This document shows positions 9,318 to 18,125 of a stretch of DNA of 64,000 nucleotides, piece after piece; positions within the stretch are counted from its first letter, which is position 1, and every line of letters starts with the position of its first letter. The stretch covers positions 34,154 through 98,153 of the forward strand of contig JAHDCX010000016.1 of the NCBI GenBank assembly GCA_020629635.1, given 5' to 3'. The DNA is from Acidimicrobiales bacterium. Lineage in GTDB: Bacteria > Actinomycetota > Acidimicrobiia > Acidimicrobiales > SHLQ01. A program made the position numbers and the translations under genes. Below the pieces are notes generated by a model. The model searched no databases and was not told the DNA's origin. It was given only the letters and a program-made list of their open reading frames with translations.

Positions 9318-10708
9318 ACTCACTCATCGAGCGTCGCCGCCTGCTCCAAGCCGCCTTGATCGGCGGCACGGCCGTCGCACTTCCACCGATGGTCCTCGAT
9401 CGCATCGGCGCACAAACCGCCGACGACACCATCCTGCTCACCATCACGCTCGGCGGCGGAAACGACTGGCTCAACACGATTGGCCCGTTCGAGGACCCGA
9501 CGTACCGCGACGCACGTGGCCGCTTGGCAATCAACCCCACCGACGCAGCAGCCGACGACGGCCACTACTTCCACCCGAGCCTCAGCCGTCTCGCCACGCG
9601 GTATCGACGCGGTGAAGTGGCGGTCATTCGTGGTGTCGGCGAACCGCGCATCGACCGAAGCCACTTCTCCAACATGCAACGCTGGATGACTGGCCTGCCC
9701 GACGGTGCCATCTCGTCGACGGGCTGGTTGGGGCGCTGGCTCAACCAGGCCAACGCGGGCGCGTACGGCGGCATCGGCGTCGGTACCAACGGCGTGCCGT
9801 TGCACTTGCGCGGCTCGGCGACTCCCGCCCTCGATCTTCCGAGACGGGCGACGAGCGCGTTCGGCGCCAACGTCACCCGAGTCTCCGATCTGGCACTCAT
9901 CGACGAAGTTCGCCGTCTCCAACAGTCCGGTACGGACTTCGGCGGCTGGGTGGACGCAGTCGCCGAGACGACCGTGACCTCGATCGACTCGGCTCGCACG
10001 CTCGCCGACGCGTTCGACGCAGACCCCCCGGAGGGTGTGCTTCGACAGAACCTCGAGCTCGCGGCACGGATCATCAATCTCGGAGTCGGCACACGGGTGC
10101 TCGGCGTGTTCCACAACGGGTTCGACACCCATAGCCAACAGGTCGGTGCGACGGCGTCGGTGGGTCGTCACGCCGATCTTCTCGACGAGCTCGACCGTGG
10201 CCTCGATTCGTTCTTCCTTGCACTCGACCCGAGCCGAGCGGCCAACGTGGTCGTCATGGTCTTCTCCGAGTTCGGGCGGCGCGTCCGAGCCAACGGATCG
10301 ATGGGGACCGACCACGGCACGGCCGGGCATCTGCTGCTGGTCGGGCGGCGAGTGAACGGCGGCATGTACGGAGAGGCGGTCGACCTCACCTCACTCGATC
10401 GACGCGGAGACGTGGCGGTCCAATTGGATCATCGGCGGGTCTACGCCTCGGTGATCGAGGACTGGCTCGGCAGTGACTCTGGGTCGGTGCTGTCCGGCTC
10501 GTACGCGGCGCTTCCCGGCCTCATCCGCGACGACACCACTGCGCCGGCACCCGAGCCGACCCCACCAGCGGAGGAGCCAGAAACGGACCCCGAACCGCCA
10601 GCATCGGGTCCTCCCTCCCTCAACGATCGGGCGAGCGAAATCCGGGGCCGACGTCGACAGAACCGTCGGGACTATCTCCAGAAGCATTCGCCGCGATTCT
10701 CGACCTGA
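9314..10708 (+). CDS. DUF1501 (sulfatase-fold) protein with Tat signal
   Basis: The Tat signal reads MNSLIERRRLLQAALIGGTAV. DUF1501 motifs follow (...FSEFGRRVRANGSMGTDHGTAG). It carries a Pro/Glu-rich C-terminal tail. The start is ATG 9314; the longer track ORF from 8414 is a shadow extension. Confidence 0.8.
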   Translation: MNSLIERRRLLQAALIGGTAVALPPMVLDRIGAQTADDTILLTITLGGGNDWLNTIGPFEDPTYRDARGRLAINPTDAAADDGHYFHPSLSRLATRYRRGEVAVIRGVGEPRIDRSHFSNMQRWMTGLPDGAISSTGWLGRWLNQANAGAYGGIGVGTNGVPLHLRGSATPALDLPRRATSAFGANVTRVSDLALIDEVRRLQQSGTDFGGWVDAVAETTVTSIDSARTLADAFDADPPEGVLRQNLELAARIINLGVGTRVLGVFHNGFDTHSQQVGATASVGRHADLLDELDRGLDSFFLALDPSRAANVVVMVFSEFGRRVRANGSMGTDHGTAGHLLLVGRRVNGGMYGEAVDLTSLDRRGDVAVQLDHRRVYASVIEDWLGSDSGSVLSGSYAALPGLIRDDTTAPAPEPTPPAEEPETDPEPPASGPPSLNDRASEIRGRRRQNRRDYLQKHSPRFST

Positions 10709-10715
10709 CGAGAGT

Positions 10716-11831
10716 TCAGCAAGCGATGTCGAGGGCGAGCGTCGAACCGCTGCGCTGAGTGGGACTCACGAGCGCATAGGCGATCGAGATCACGCCACAC
10801 TCCGTCGGGGTTCCGACGAGTACGCCATCTCCGGCGCCGACCAGGCCCACTGGAAGCGTGGCCGGGTCGAACTCGACCACGGTGTCGACGCTCACGGAGT
10901 CATTCGCCGTGACATCGACGCGCAGCGCGCGGCCCACCTGGCCCTGTGCCTCATCGGGGACCGCCTTGATCAGCGAGATGATTGGCGTCGGCTCGTCGGT
11001 GGGCGTCTCTGGCTCGGTCGTCGCTGGTGCGGAGGTGACGGCCACGATCGACGAGGTGGGCGCTTCCGTCGACATCGGGGGCAGGGCCGTCGTGGTCGGC
11101 GCCGTCGTTGTCGGGGCCGTCGTGGTGGGCACTTCCGTCGAGCTCGCAACCACCGTGGAATCGCCGGCCGCAGCCACCACCGAAACGTCGGCCTCCGCGG
11201 AGGATGGCGAGGTCAGCCAGAGGCCCCCGGCCAACGCCAGCCCGGCGATCACCAGAGAACCCAAAACGGCGGCCAGGAAGCGGCGGCGAGGCCGATCCTG
11301 CCCACCCTGTTCGACGCTCGAGGTGCCCGCGGCCCGGTCGTCGGATACGACGACAGAGACCGTCTTGCCACGTGCGAGTGCGTCGCACGCTCGTGCGACC
11401 TCGGCTGCGTCGAGGGTGCGCAGTGCCGGGTCGGTCTCGACGCAGATGCCGAGGATGTCACGAAGTGGATCCGGGAGATCAACCCGGTCGATCGCTGCCG
11501 GACCTGCCCGCACGAGCTGTTCCTCACCGACGAGCATTGCGGCGCCGAGCATGCCCAGCGCATAGCGGTCCGAGGCGATCGACGTCCCATCACGGACGAC
11601 CTCGGGGGCGTCGTACGCCGCGACTTCTGGCCCGAATCCCGAATCGTCGGGCCCGACGAGGGAGACTCCGCCGTCGTCGTCGATCAGCACCGAGCGAGGC
11701 GACAACGACAATCCCGCCGAGCCCGCCTCGTGTGCGTGCGCGAGCGCTCCGGCAACACCGGCGAGCGTCGCCGCGGTACGCCGCCACGACATCGGACCGT
11801 CGGCGAGCAGGTCATGGAGCGAGGAGGACAC
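10716..11831 (-). CDS. Ser/Thr-kinase-like membrane protein lacking the N-lobe and the catalytic HRD motif (pseudokinase remnant)
   Basis: The ORF begins at subdomain V-like SLHDLLADGPMSWRR. The catalytic loop is replaced by AHAHEAGSAGLSLSPRSVLIDDDG. No GxGxxG or VAIK motif is present. A TM helix (FLAAVLGSLVIAGLALAGGLWL), a (TTTAP)x3 linker and an extracellular domain follow. Confidence 0.6.
   Translation of the reverse strand: MSSSLHDLLADGPMSWRRTAATLAGVAGALAHAHEAGSAGLSLSPRSVLIDDDGGVSLVGPDDSGFGPEVAAYDAPEVVRDGTSIASDRYALGMLGAAMLVGEEQLVRAGPAAIDRVDLPDPLRDILGICVETDPALRTLDAAEVARACDALARGKTVSVVVSDDRAAGTSSVEQGGQDRPRRRFLAAVLGSLVIAGLALAGGLWLTSPSSAEADVSVVAAAGDSTVVASSTEVPTTTAPTTTAPTTTALPPMSTEAPTSSIVAVTSAPATTEPETPTDEPTPIISLIKAVPDEAQGQVGRALRVDVTANDSVSVDTVVEFDPATLPVGLVGAGDGVLVGTPTECGVISIAYALVSPTQRSGSTLALDIAC
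11086..11130. repeat. 3 x 15-bp imperfect tandem repeat encoding a (TTTAP)3 linker
   Basis: The units are gccgtcgtggtcggc / gccgtcgttgtcggg / gccgtcgtggtgggc. They lie inside the kinase-like CDS. Confidence 0.8.
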
Positions 11832-11864
11832 ACGTGTTCTACGTCGCGCATACCCCGAGCGGAT

Positions 11865-12074
11865 TCACGAAAGTCGAGATTCGATCTCCGGCGCCTCGAG
11901 GTCACGGAGGTCGATCTCGTGGGTGACCGCCTCGATCCGAACGGGGGTGTACTTGAAGCCCGGGATCTTGCTCAGTGGATCGAGCTTGGACGAGGTGAGC
12001 GCGTTGCACTCAGGCCAGTGATAGGGCATGAAGAGCGTGTCGTGACGAAGACCGCGATTCGCCAGCCACGGCAC
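11865..12074 (-). pseudogene. C-terminal remnant (69 aa) of a molybdopterin oxidoreductase (nitrate reductase / formate dehydrogenase type)
   Basis: The sequence DTLFMPYHWPECNALTSSKLDPLSKIPGFKYTPVRIE matches the extreme C-terminus of the molybdopterin dinucleotide-binding domain. There is no room upstream for the ~650 missing residues, because the opposite-strand gene starts at 12118. Confidence 0.6.
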
Positions 12075-12117
12075 GTCGACGCGGGCAGCACCGGCGCTTC
12101 GACGACCTCACCGCCTG

Positions 12118-13020
12118 ATGGCGTGGCGCCTTTGGGGCAAGAAGGTGGTGGTGGTCGGCGGCGGAGCGATCGGCGAGGGCACGGTCGAGACCCTGCTCCG
12201 CAGCGGGGCGAACATCGTCGTCATCGACCCCACACCGTCGGCGCGAATCTGCGAGCTCGCCGAGGCGAACACCCTCACACTGCACCGTCGACTCGCCCGA
12301 CGGCGCGATCTCCGTCACGCCGCCCTCGTCGTCGCCGCGACCGGCGACCACGAAACCAACGGCTGGATCGCCCGCTGGGCGCGACGTTTCGGTGCGATCG
12401 TGAACGCCGTCGACGACCCCGAGCTCTGCGATGTCACCGTTCCCGCAGTCAGTCACGTGGTCCGTCTGAAGGGCGGAGATCCGTTCGTGTTCGGCCGGGG
12501 CTACGAGGAGATCGAGGCGGCAACCCACGCCGGGCTCGACGTCGAGATCGTTCCGGGTCTTTCGTCGTCGATCGCCGCCGCGACGCTGAGCCGAATCCCG
12601 CTGACCGATCGGCGACACGCCGCGAGTTTCACGGTGGTCTCGGGTCATCGAGCGGGCGATGGCGACTACGACTGGGAGTCCTTCGCCCGCGACGACACGA
12701 CGCTGGTCGTACTGATGGCGGCGACGACCGCACGAGGGGTCGCCGAGCGCCTCATCGGCGCGGGACGGCGCGCGGCGACACCTGTCGCCATCATCCACCG
12801 TGCCGGATTCGTTGACGAACAGGTCGAGGTGCTGTCGCTCGCCGAGGTTTCGCTCGTCGGGAGCCCACTCCCGGCACCGAGCGTGATGATCGTGGGCACG
12901 GTGGCCGGTCTCGCCAAGTGCACCCCGCCGCTCCCTGCGTCGGCCACGGCCACGAGTTCGGAGGCCGCAGCTGCGGTGGCGGACGTTCGGACCTCGGCAA
13001 TCAGCGGAAGCCGTTCGTGA
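12118..13020 (+). CDS. siroheme-synthase-derived chimeric ORF (SirC-like NAD domain fused in frame to the C-terminal two-thirds of a uroporphyrinogen-III methyltransferase)
   Basis: The N-terminal part is GKKVVVVGGGAIG...VNAVDDPELCDVTVPAV (precorrin-2 dehydrogenase). It runs directly into VVRLKGGDPFVFGRGYEEIEAA...VPGLSSSIAA...VVSGH (the mid and C-terminal SUMT region). The SUMT N-terminal GAGPGDPxLLT motif and the ferrochelatase half are absent. Confidence 0.65.
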   Translation: MAWRLWGKKVVVVGGGAIGEGTVETLLRSGANIVVIDPTPSARICELAEANTLTLHRRLARRRDLRHAALVVAATGDHETNGWIARWARRFGAIVNAVDDPELCDVTVPAVSHVVRLKGGDPFVFGRGYEEIEAATHAGLDVEIVPGLSSSIAAATLSRIPLTDRRHAASFTVVSGHRAGDGDYDWESFARDDTTLVVLMAATTARGVAERLIGAGRRAATPVAIIHRAGFVDEQVEVLSLAEVSLVGSPLPAPSVMIVGTVAGLAKCTPPLPASATATSSEAAAAVADVRTSAISGSRS

Positions 13021-14692
13021 TCGGCAAACGCCGATCACGGCCAAAGCCCTTGCGGGTCACGCGGGCGCCAAGAGGCGTCTGACGTCGTTTGAATTCCGCA
13101 ATGTCGACCAGTCGGGTGATGCGGGTGGCGACCGCCTCGTCGAAGCCCATCTCGACGAGCTCGGCGAGCGTCCGGTCGCCCTCGATGTAGGCCTCGAGCA
13201 GTGGGTCGAGTTCCTCGTAGGGCGGGAGGCTCTGGTCGTCTCGCTGATCGGGACGGAGCTCGGCTGATGGGGGCTTGGTGATCACGGACTCCGGAATCAC
13301 CTCACGTCCGGCCCGCTCGTTGTAGCGCCGACACAACGCATAGACGTCGAGTTTGTACACGTCCTTGATCACGGCATACGCCCCGGCCGTGTCGCCGTAC
13401 AACGTCGAGTACCCGACGGCCGCTTCGCTCTTGTTTCCGGTCGTGACGACGAGCCAGCCGAACTTGTTGGTCAGCCCCATGAGGATGACCCCCCGGATGC
13501 GTGACTGCAGGTTCTCCTCGGTGAGTCCTTCTTCTCGGCCGGCGAAAGACTCGGCGAACATGTCGAGAAACGCGGCGTGTGCGGGTTCGATCGGGATCGT
13601 CCGGTGCGAGACGCCGAGTCGTTCGGCGAAGTCGACCGCGTCGCTCACCGAGTGGTCGCTCGAATAGCGCGACGGCATGAGGACGCAGTGCACGTTCTCT
13701 GGCCCGAGCGCATCTGCGGCGATCGCCGCCGTGAGCGTGGAGTCGATCCCGCCCGACAGGCCGAGACACACGTCGCTGAACCCGTTCTTGCGGACATAGT
13801 CACGGGTCGCCAGCACGAGCGCATCGTGGAGCTCGTCGAGTTCGTTCACGAGCGGAGCCACCCTCGGCGACGAACCGGCGGCCGTGCGACCCGACGGACC
13901 CGAGACCTCGATGAGCGGAAACCGAGCCTCGACCGGCACGTCTCGTTCGGCGACCGGAACATCGACGACGAGGAGCTCCTCCGCGCAATGCGCGGCCCTC
14001 GCAAGCACGGCACCATCGGCATCGAGCACGAACGACGAGCCGTCGAAGACCAGCTCGTCCTGGCCACCGACCTGGTTGCCATACACGAGCGGAACACCTC
14101 GAGACTCGGCAACCCGGGCAGCCATCTCGGCCTGGCGGACCTCGACCTTGCGTCGGTAGTACGGGGAGGCGTTCATGTTGACGATCACCTGCGCCCCGCC
14201 GTCGGCGAGCTGCGGGATCGGCCCACCGGCGATCCATCCGTCCTCACAGATCGACATGCCCACCCGAACGCCGGCGATCTCGTGCAGATGCATTGGCTCG
14301 CTGCCCGCCACGAACACGCGTTGTTCGTCGAACACGCCGTAGTTGGGCAACGCCCGCTTGTGATACGTCGAGCGAACCTCGCCACCGTGGACGACGGCGA
14401 GCGCGTTGAACGCCACGCCATCGCCCCCGTCGGCGAACCCGATCACCGCAGCGCAATCGCCCGTCAGGTCCGCCGCGAGCTCGACGAGGACTCGCCGGTT
14501 CTCCGCGACGAACCCTGGCTTCAGCAACAGGTCCTCGGGCGGATAGCCACTGATCGTCAGCTCCGGAAAGAGGGCGAGATCGGCCCCTTCACGTTCGGCG
14601 TCGGCCATCCACGTCCGAACCAGATCTGCGTTGCCCTGCAGGTCGCCGACCGTGGTGTTGATCTGACAGATGGCGACACGTAACACGGACAC
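13001..14692 (-). CDS. nadE: glutamine-dependent NAD+ synthetase
   Basis: The N-terminal nitrilase/CN-hydrolase domain reads LRVAICQINTTVGDLQGN...LFPELTISGYPPEDL. The C-terminal NAD synthase domain carries the LGLSGGIDS P-loop. The start is GTG. Confidence 0.92.
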   Translation of the reverse strand: MSVLRVAICQINTTVGDLQGNADLVRTWMADAEREGADLALFPELTISGYPPEDLLLKPGFVAENRRVLVELAADLTGDCAAVIGFADGGDGVAFNALAVVHGGEVRSTYHKRALPNYGVFDEQRVFVAGSEPMHLHEIAGVRVGMSICEDGWIAGGPIPQLADGGAQVIVNMNASPYYRRKVEVRQAEMAARVAESRGVPLVYGNQVGGQDELVFDGSSFVLDADGAVLARAAHCAEELLVVDVPVAERDVPVEARFPLIEVSGPSGRTAAGSSPRVAPLVNELDELHDALVLATRDYVRKNGFSDVCLGLSGGIDSTLTAAIAADALGPENVHCVLMPSRYSSDHSVSDAVDFAERLGVSHRTIPIEPAHAAFLDMFAESFAGREEGLTEENLQSRIRGVILMGLTNKFGWLVVTTGNKSEAAVGYSTLYGDTAGAYAVIKDVYKLDVYALCRRYNERAGREVIPESVITKPPSAELRPDQRDDQSLPPYEELDPLLEAYIEGDRTLAELVEMGFDEAVATRITRLVDIAEFKRRQTPLGARVTRKGFGRDRRLPITNGFR

Positions 14693-14714
14693 ATGACAAG
14701 GTTACGAGCGCGAA

Positions 14715-14751
14715 ACGGGGAGCGGTGCTTCCCGCGCGCTCCGCTCCCCGT
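14715..14751 (-). terminator. hairpin downstream of glnII (11-bp stem ACGGGGAGCGG/CCGCTCCCCGT, 15-nt loop)
   Basis: Read directly from the sequence, 74 nt after the glnII stop. It is followed on the minus strand by only UUCG, so the U-tract is weak. A second small hairpin, CGGCC-GCGA-GGCCG, sits closer to the stop. Confidence 0.45.
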
Positions 14752-14824
14752 CCGCACGCAGCCGAAGCGGCGTGCTAATTCGTCATGTTACGGCCTCGCG
14801 GCCGCAGTTGTACCTGTCGTTGGA

Positions 14825-15838
14825 TCAGGCGAGTGCGGCGCCGACCGTGTCGAGCATCAGCGCAGCGACCGTGTACGGGTCGGCGTTGGCGTTGGGGCGA
14901 CGATCTTCGATGTAGCCCTTGCCGTCCTGCTTGACCTGCCACGGAATACGGATCGACGCACCGCGATCGGACACGCCGTAGCTGAACTGGTCGAAACGCT
15001 GCGTCTCGTGCTCGCCGGTGAGGCGGTCTTCGATGCCCACGCCGTAGCCCGCGAGGTGCTTGGCAGGGACACCCTCGGCGCCCAGTGCCTCGCATGCCTT
15101 CTCGATGGGCTCATAGCTCTCGCGCATCGCCGCGGTTGAGAAGTTGGTGTGCATGCCTGCACCGTTCCAGTCGCCCTTCATCGGCTTGGCGTCGATCGAC
15201 ACCTCGATGTCGAACATCTCGCCGGCGCGATACAGCAGGTAACGAGCGAGCCAGAGGTGGTCGCCGACCTCGAGAGGGCCGGCCGGGCCGATCTGGAACT
15301 CCCACTGGCCGGGCATGACCTCGGCGTTGGTGCCCGAGATCTTGAGGCCCGCGGCGATGCACCAGTCGGTGTGCTGCTCGACGAGCTCACGGCCGGCGAT
15401 GCGGAGTGCGCCGACGCCGCAGTAGTACGGACCCTGCGGGCCAGGATACCCGTTGGGCGGGAAGCCGAACGGCCACTTCGTCTCGGGATCGAGGAGCGTG
15501 TACTCCTGCTCGAGGCCGTACCAGGCGTCCTGGTCGCCGTACTTCTCGACGGCCGCACGGGTGGCGGCACGCGAGTTCGTCGGGTGCGGCGAAAGATCGG
15601 AGGTCAGCAACGTCTCGCACATGACGAGGATGTTGTCGCCGCCACGAATCGGGTCCGGGCACTGGAAGACCGGCTGCAGAACGACGTCGGAGTTGTCGCC
15701 TGTGGCCTGGTTGGTGCTCGATCCGTCGAAGCCCCAGATGCCGGGCTCCTCGCCGTCGGCGAGAATCTTCGTCTTCGAACGCAGCTCTGCCGTCGGCTCC
15801 GTGCCGTCGATCCAGATGTATTCGGCTCGGTAAGTCAT
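14825..15838 (-). CDS. glnII: glutamine synthetase type II (eukaryote-like GSII)
   Basis: The N-terminus MTYRAEYIWIDGTEPTAELRSKTK...WGFDGSSTNQA and the GPYYCGVG motif are GSII hallmarks. ATG 15838 is preceded by AGGAG. The track ORF start at 16045 is an upstream extension. Confidence 0.92.
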   Translation of the reverse strand: MTYRAEYIWIDGTEPTAELRSKTKILADGEEPGIWGFDGSSTNQATGDNSDVVLQPVFQCPDPIRGGDNILVMCETLLTSDLSPHPTNSRAATRAAVEKYGDQDAWYGLEQEYTLLDPETKWPFGFPPNGYPGPQGPYYCGVGALRIAGRELVEQHTDWCIAAGLKISGTNAEVMPGQWEFQIGPAGPLEVGDHLWLARYLLYRAGEMFDIEVSIDAKPMKGDWNGAGMHTNFSTAAMRESYEPIEKACEALGAEGVPAKHLAGYGVGIEDRLTGEHETQRFDQFSYGVSDRGASIRIPWQVKQDGKGYIEDRRPNANADPYTVAALMLDTVGAALA

Positions 15839-15971
15839 GTCCGAGTTTCTCCTTGCTGTGGTGATCGGAATCGGCAAGGGCGATGCCGATTCCGTTTTTG
15901 GGGTATCCACGGACCGACGGCTGTGGCGGCCACGACGGACGCTGGCGACCGTAGCTGCGGGTGCCGGACGC

Positions 15972-16005
15972 GCGTGAACCCACACTGTTAACGCCGCGTG
16001 AACCC
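15972..16005. promoter_or_regulatory. candidate GlnR-box region: 11-bp direct repeat CGCGTGAACCC x2 (24-bp period) flanking GTTAAC
   Basis: The region sits in the divergent glnII/glnA intergenic space. It contains three xxAAC half-sites (TGAAC 15975-79, TTAAC 15988-92, TGAAC 15999-16003). The latter two have 11-nt C-to-C spacing, as in the actinobacterial GlnR a-site-n6-b-site arrangement. The function is inferred. Confidence 0.35.
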
Positions 16006-16049
16006 GATCGACCGTCAAATGGCCGCCTCGACGTACGGCTGCCACGCTT

Positions 16050-17384
16050 GTGTCGATGGAACCCCAGGAGAACTACGTGCTGCGCACCGTCGAGGAGCGC
16101 GGCGTACGCCTCATTCGGCTCTGGTTCACCGACGTTCTCGGCCAGCACAAGTCGGTCGCGATCTCGCCAGCCGAGTTGGAGAAGGTGTTCGAGGAGGGAC
16201 TCCAATTCGACGGGTCCTCGATCGACGGCTTCAGCCGGGTCCAGGAGTCGGACGTGTTGGCCAAACCCGACGCCCGGACCTTCGAGCTGCTTCCGTGGGC
16301 GCGGTCGCACGAGCCGTCAGGACTCATGTTCTGCGACATCGAACGACTCGACGGTTCGCCCTTCGACGGGGATCCACGGCAGGTGCTGCGACGCAACCTC
16401 AAACGGGCGCACGACGCCGGGTTCACGTTCTTCGTCGCTCCCGAGATCGAGTTCTTCTACTTCGGTTCTGACGATCCCACGACGCCGCCTCAGCCCATCG
16501 ATCAGGCGAGCTACTTCGATCTGACCACCGCCGACGTCGCCTCGGATCTCCGCAAGACGACGCTTCACATGCTCGAAGCGCTGTCGATCCCCATCGAATA
16601 CAGCTTTCACGAGGACAGCCCCAGCCAGCACGAGATCGACCTGCAGTACACCGAGGCGCTCGCGATGGCCGACTCGATCATGACGTTCCGGCTCGTCGTC
16701 AAGAAGGTCGCCCAGGAGCGCGGCATCCACGCCACCTTCATGCCCAAGCCCCTCGACGGCGTCCAGGGGTCGGGCATGCACACGCACATGTCGCTGTGGA
16801 AGGACGGCGAAAACGCGTTCTTCTCGGCCGATCACGAGTACGGCCTCTCGGACACGGCGCAGGCGTTCATCGCCGGCACGCTCCGCCACGCCCGCGAGAT
16901 CACGGCCGTCACCAATCAGTTGATCAACTCCTACAAGCGCCTCAACGACGGGCTCGAAGCCCCTCGGTACGTCTCGTGGGCCCGCAACAACCAGTCGACC
17001 CTCGTGCGGGTCCCAGTGACCAAGCCGAACAAACCGCGAGCGACGAGGATCGAATACCGGGCCGCTGACCCCGCGTGCAATCCGTACCTCTTCTTCTCCG
17101 TGGTGTTGGCTGCAGGCATGAAGGGCATCAAAGAGGGCTACGAGCTCCAGCCAGAAACGACGGTGAACCTCTTCGACCGCAAGAGCGCTGCCACCGCTGG
17201 CGTCGAAACGCTCCCCCGTTCGCTCGACGAAGCACTTGCCGAGATGGAGAAGAGCGAACTGGTCCGAGATGCGCTCGGCGATCACATCTTCGAGTGGTTC
17301 CTCCGAAACCGCCAGGCCGAGTGGGACGAGCATTCTCGCCAGGTGACCCCGTTCGAGCTCCAGCGCTACTTCACTCGTTGGTGA
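16050..17384 (+). CDS. glnA: glutamine synthetase type I, GlnA2-like
   Basis: The N-terminus EPQENYVLRTVEERGVRLIRLWFTDVLGQHKSVAISPAELE closely resembles mycobacterial GlnA2. The length is 444 aa. The start is GTG 16050 or ATG 16056. Confidence 0.9.
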   Translation: MSMEPQENYVLRTVEERGVRLIRLWFTDVLGQHKSVAISPAELEKVFEEGLQFDGSSIDGFSRVQESDVLAKPDARTFELLPWARSHEPSGLMFCDIERLDGSPFDGDPRQVLRRNLKRAHDAGFTFFVAPEIEFFYFGSDDPTTPPQPIDQASYFDLTTADVASDLRKTTLHMLEALSIPIEYSFHEDSPSQHEIDLQYTEALAMADSIMTFRLVVKKVAQERGIHATFMPKPLDGVQGSGMHTHMSLWKDGENAFFSADHEYGLSDTAQAFIAGTLRHAREITAVTNQLINSYKRLNDGLEAPRYVSWARNNQSTLVRVPVTKPNKPRATRIEYRAADPACNPYLFFSVVLAAGMKGIKEGYELQPETTVNLFDRKSAATAGVETLPRSLDEALAEMEKSELVRDALGDHIFEWFLRNRQAEWDEHSRQVTPFELQRYFTRW

Positions 17385-17388
17385 TCTG

Positions 17389-18066
17389 ATGGCATCGGTA
17401 CTGATTCACCCCGAACCCATCGGCAACGGCCTGACCCGTGTGCTCGACATGTTGGGCCTCGCCTGGAAGGCGATCCCCAACGCCCAGGGCGCGCTCGACG
17501 CTGCTCCCACCGGTGGCTGGAACGGCGCGGTCGTCACCGTCGACGGCGACCCCCAGGTTGCGTTCGACCTGGCTCGGTCTCTCCGTGCCGTGGACGAAGC
17601 CGACACCCGTATCCTCTTTCTTGTGGGCGCTGATCTGCTCCCGGAGCTCGCCGACAACACCGACTTGTTCGACGACTTCTGCCTGACGCCGTTTCATCCC
17701 GCCGAGCTCGAGGCACGACTCGAGCACCTTCTGCGGCGTTCGGATCCTGGCGGCGAGTCGGCCGTCATCTCGTACGGCCCCCTGCGGCTGAATGTCGAGA
17801 CGTACCAGGCGATGGTCGACGGACGGGCGCTCGACCTGACGTACATGGAGTACGAGCTGCTCCGCTATCTGGCCGCCCAACCGGGCAAGGTCTTCAGTCG
17901 AGAGATCCTGCTGTCCGAGGTGTGGGGCTACGACTATTACGGCGGCGCCCGGACGGTCGACGTGCACATCCGTCGCCTCCGCTCGAAGCTGGGCGAGGAG
18001 CACGCCAGCCTGATCTCGACGGTCCGCTCGGTCGGCTACCGCCTCGGCACAGCCCGTTGGGGCTGA
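17389..18066 (+). CDS. glnR: GlnR-type orphan OmpR-family nitrogen response regulator
   Basis: The C-terminal wHTH reads LDLTYMEYELLRYLAAQPGKVFSREILLSEVWGYDYYGGARTVDVHIRRLRSKLGEEHASLISTVRSVGYRL, which is near-identical in pattern to Streptomyces GlnR. The receiver is atypical and lacks the N-terminal acidic pair (VLIHPEP). No cognate kinase is adjacent, and the gene sits beside glnA/glnII. Confidence 0.85.
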   Translation: MASVLIHPEPIGNGLTRVLDMLGLAWKAIPNAQGALDAAPTGGWNGAVVTVDGDPQVAFDLARSLRAVDEADTRILFLVGADLLPELADNTDLFDDFCLTPFHPAELEARLEHLLRRSDPGGESAVISYGPLRLNVETYQAMVDGRALDLTYMEYELLRYLAAQPGKVFSREILLSEVWGYDYYGGARTVDVHIRRLRSKLGEEHASLISTVRSVGYRLGTARWG

Positions 18067-18125
18067 ACATCACCGCCCGCTGGGGCTGACTTCATCGAAG
18101 TGCTGGGGTGCCCGATACTGGGTAC

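Noticed and set aside
11832-11867. In-frame TGA linking the molybdoenzyme tail ORF and the kinase-like ORF (possible readthrough or selenocysteine fusion)
   Set aside because: The two parts are unrelated domain fragments: the extreme C-terminus of one family followed by the middle of another. No hairpin follows the TGA. The shared frame is best explained as coincidence at a deletion junction.
10473-12815. 780-aa ORF on the + strand, the longest in this area
   Set aside because: The translation is Arg/Gly/Pro/His-rich low complexity with no motifs. It runs antisense to the kinase-like CDS and out of frame through the siroheme-synthase-like CDS. This is a typical high-GC shadow ORF.
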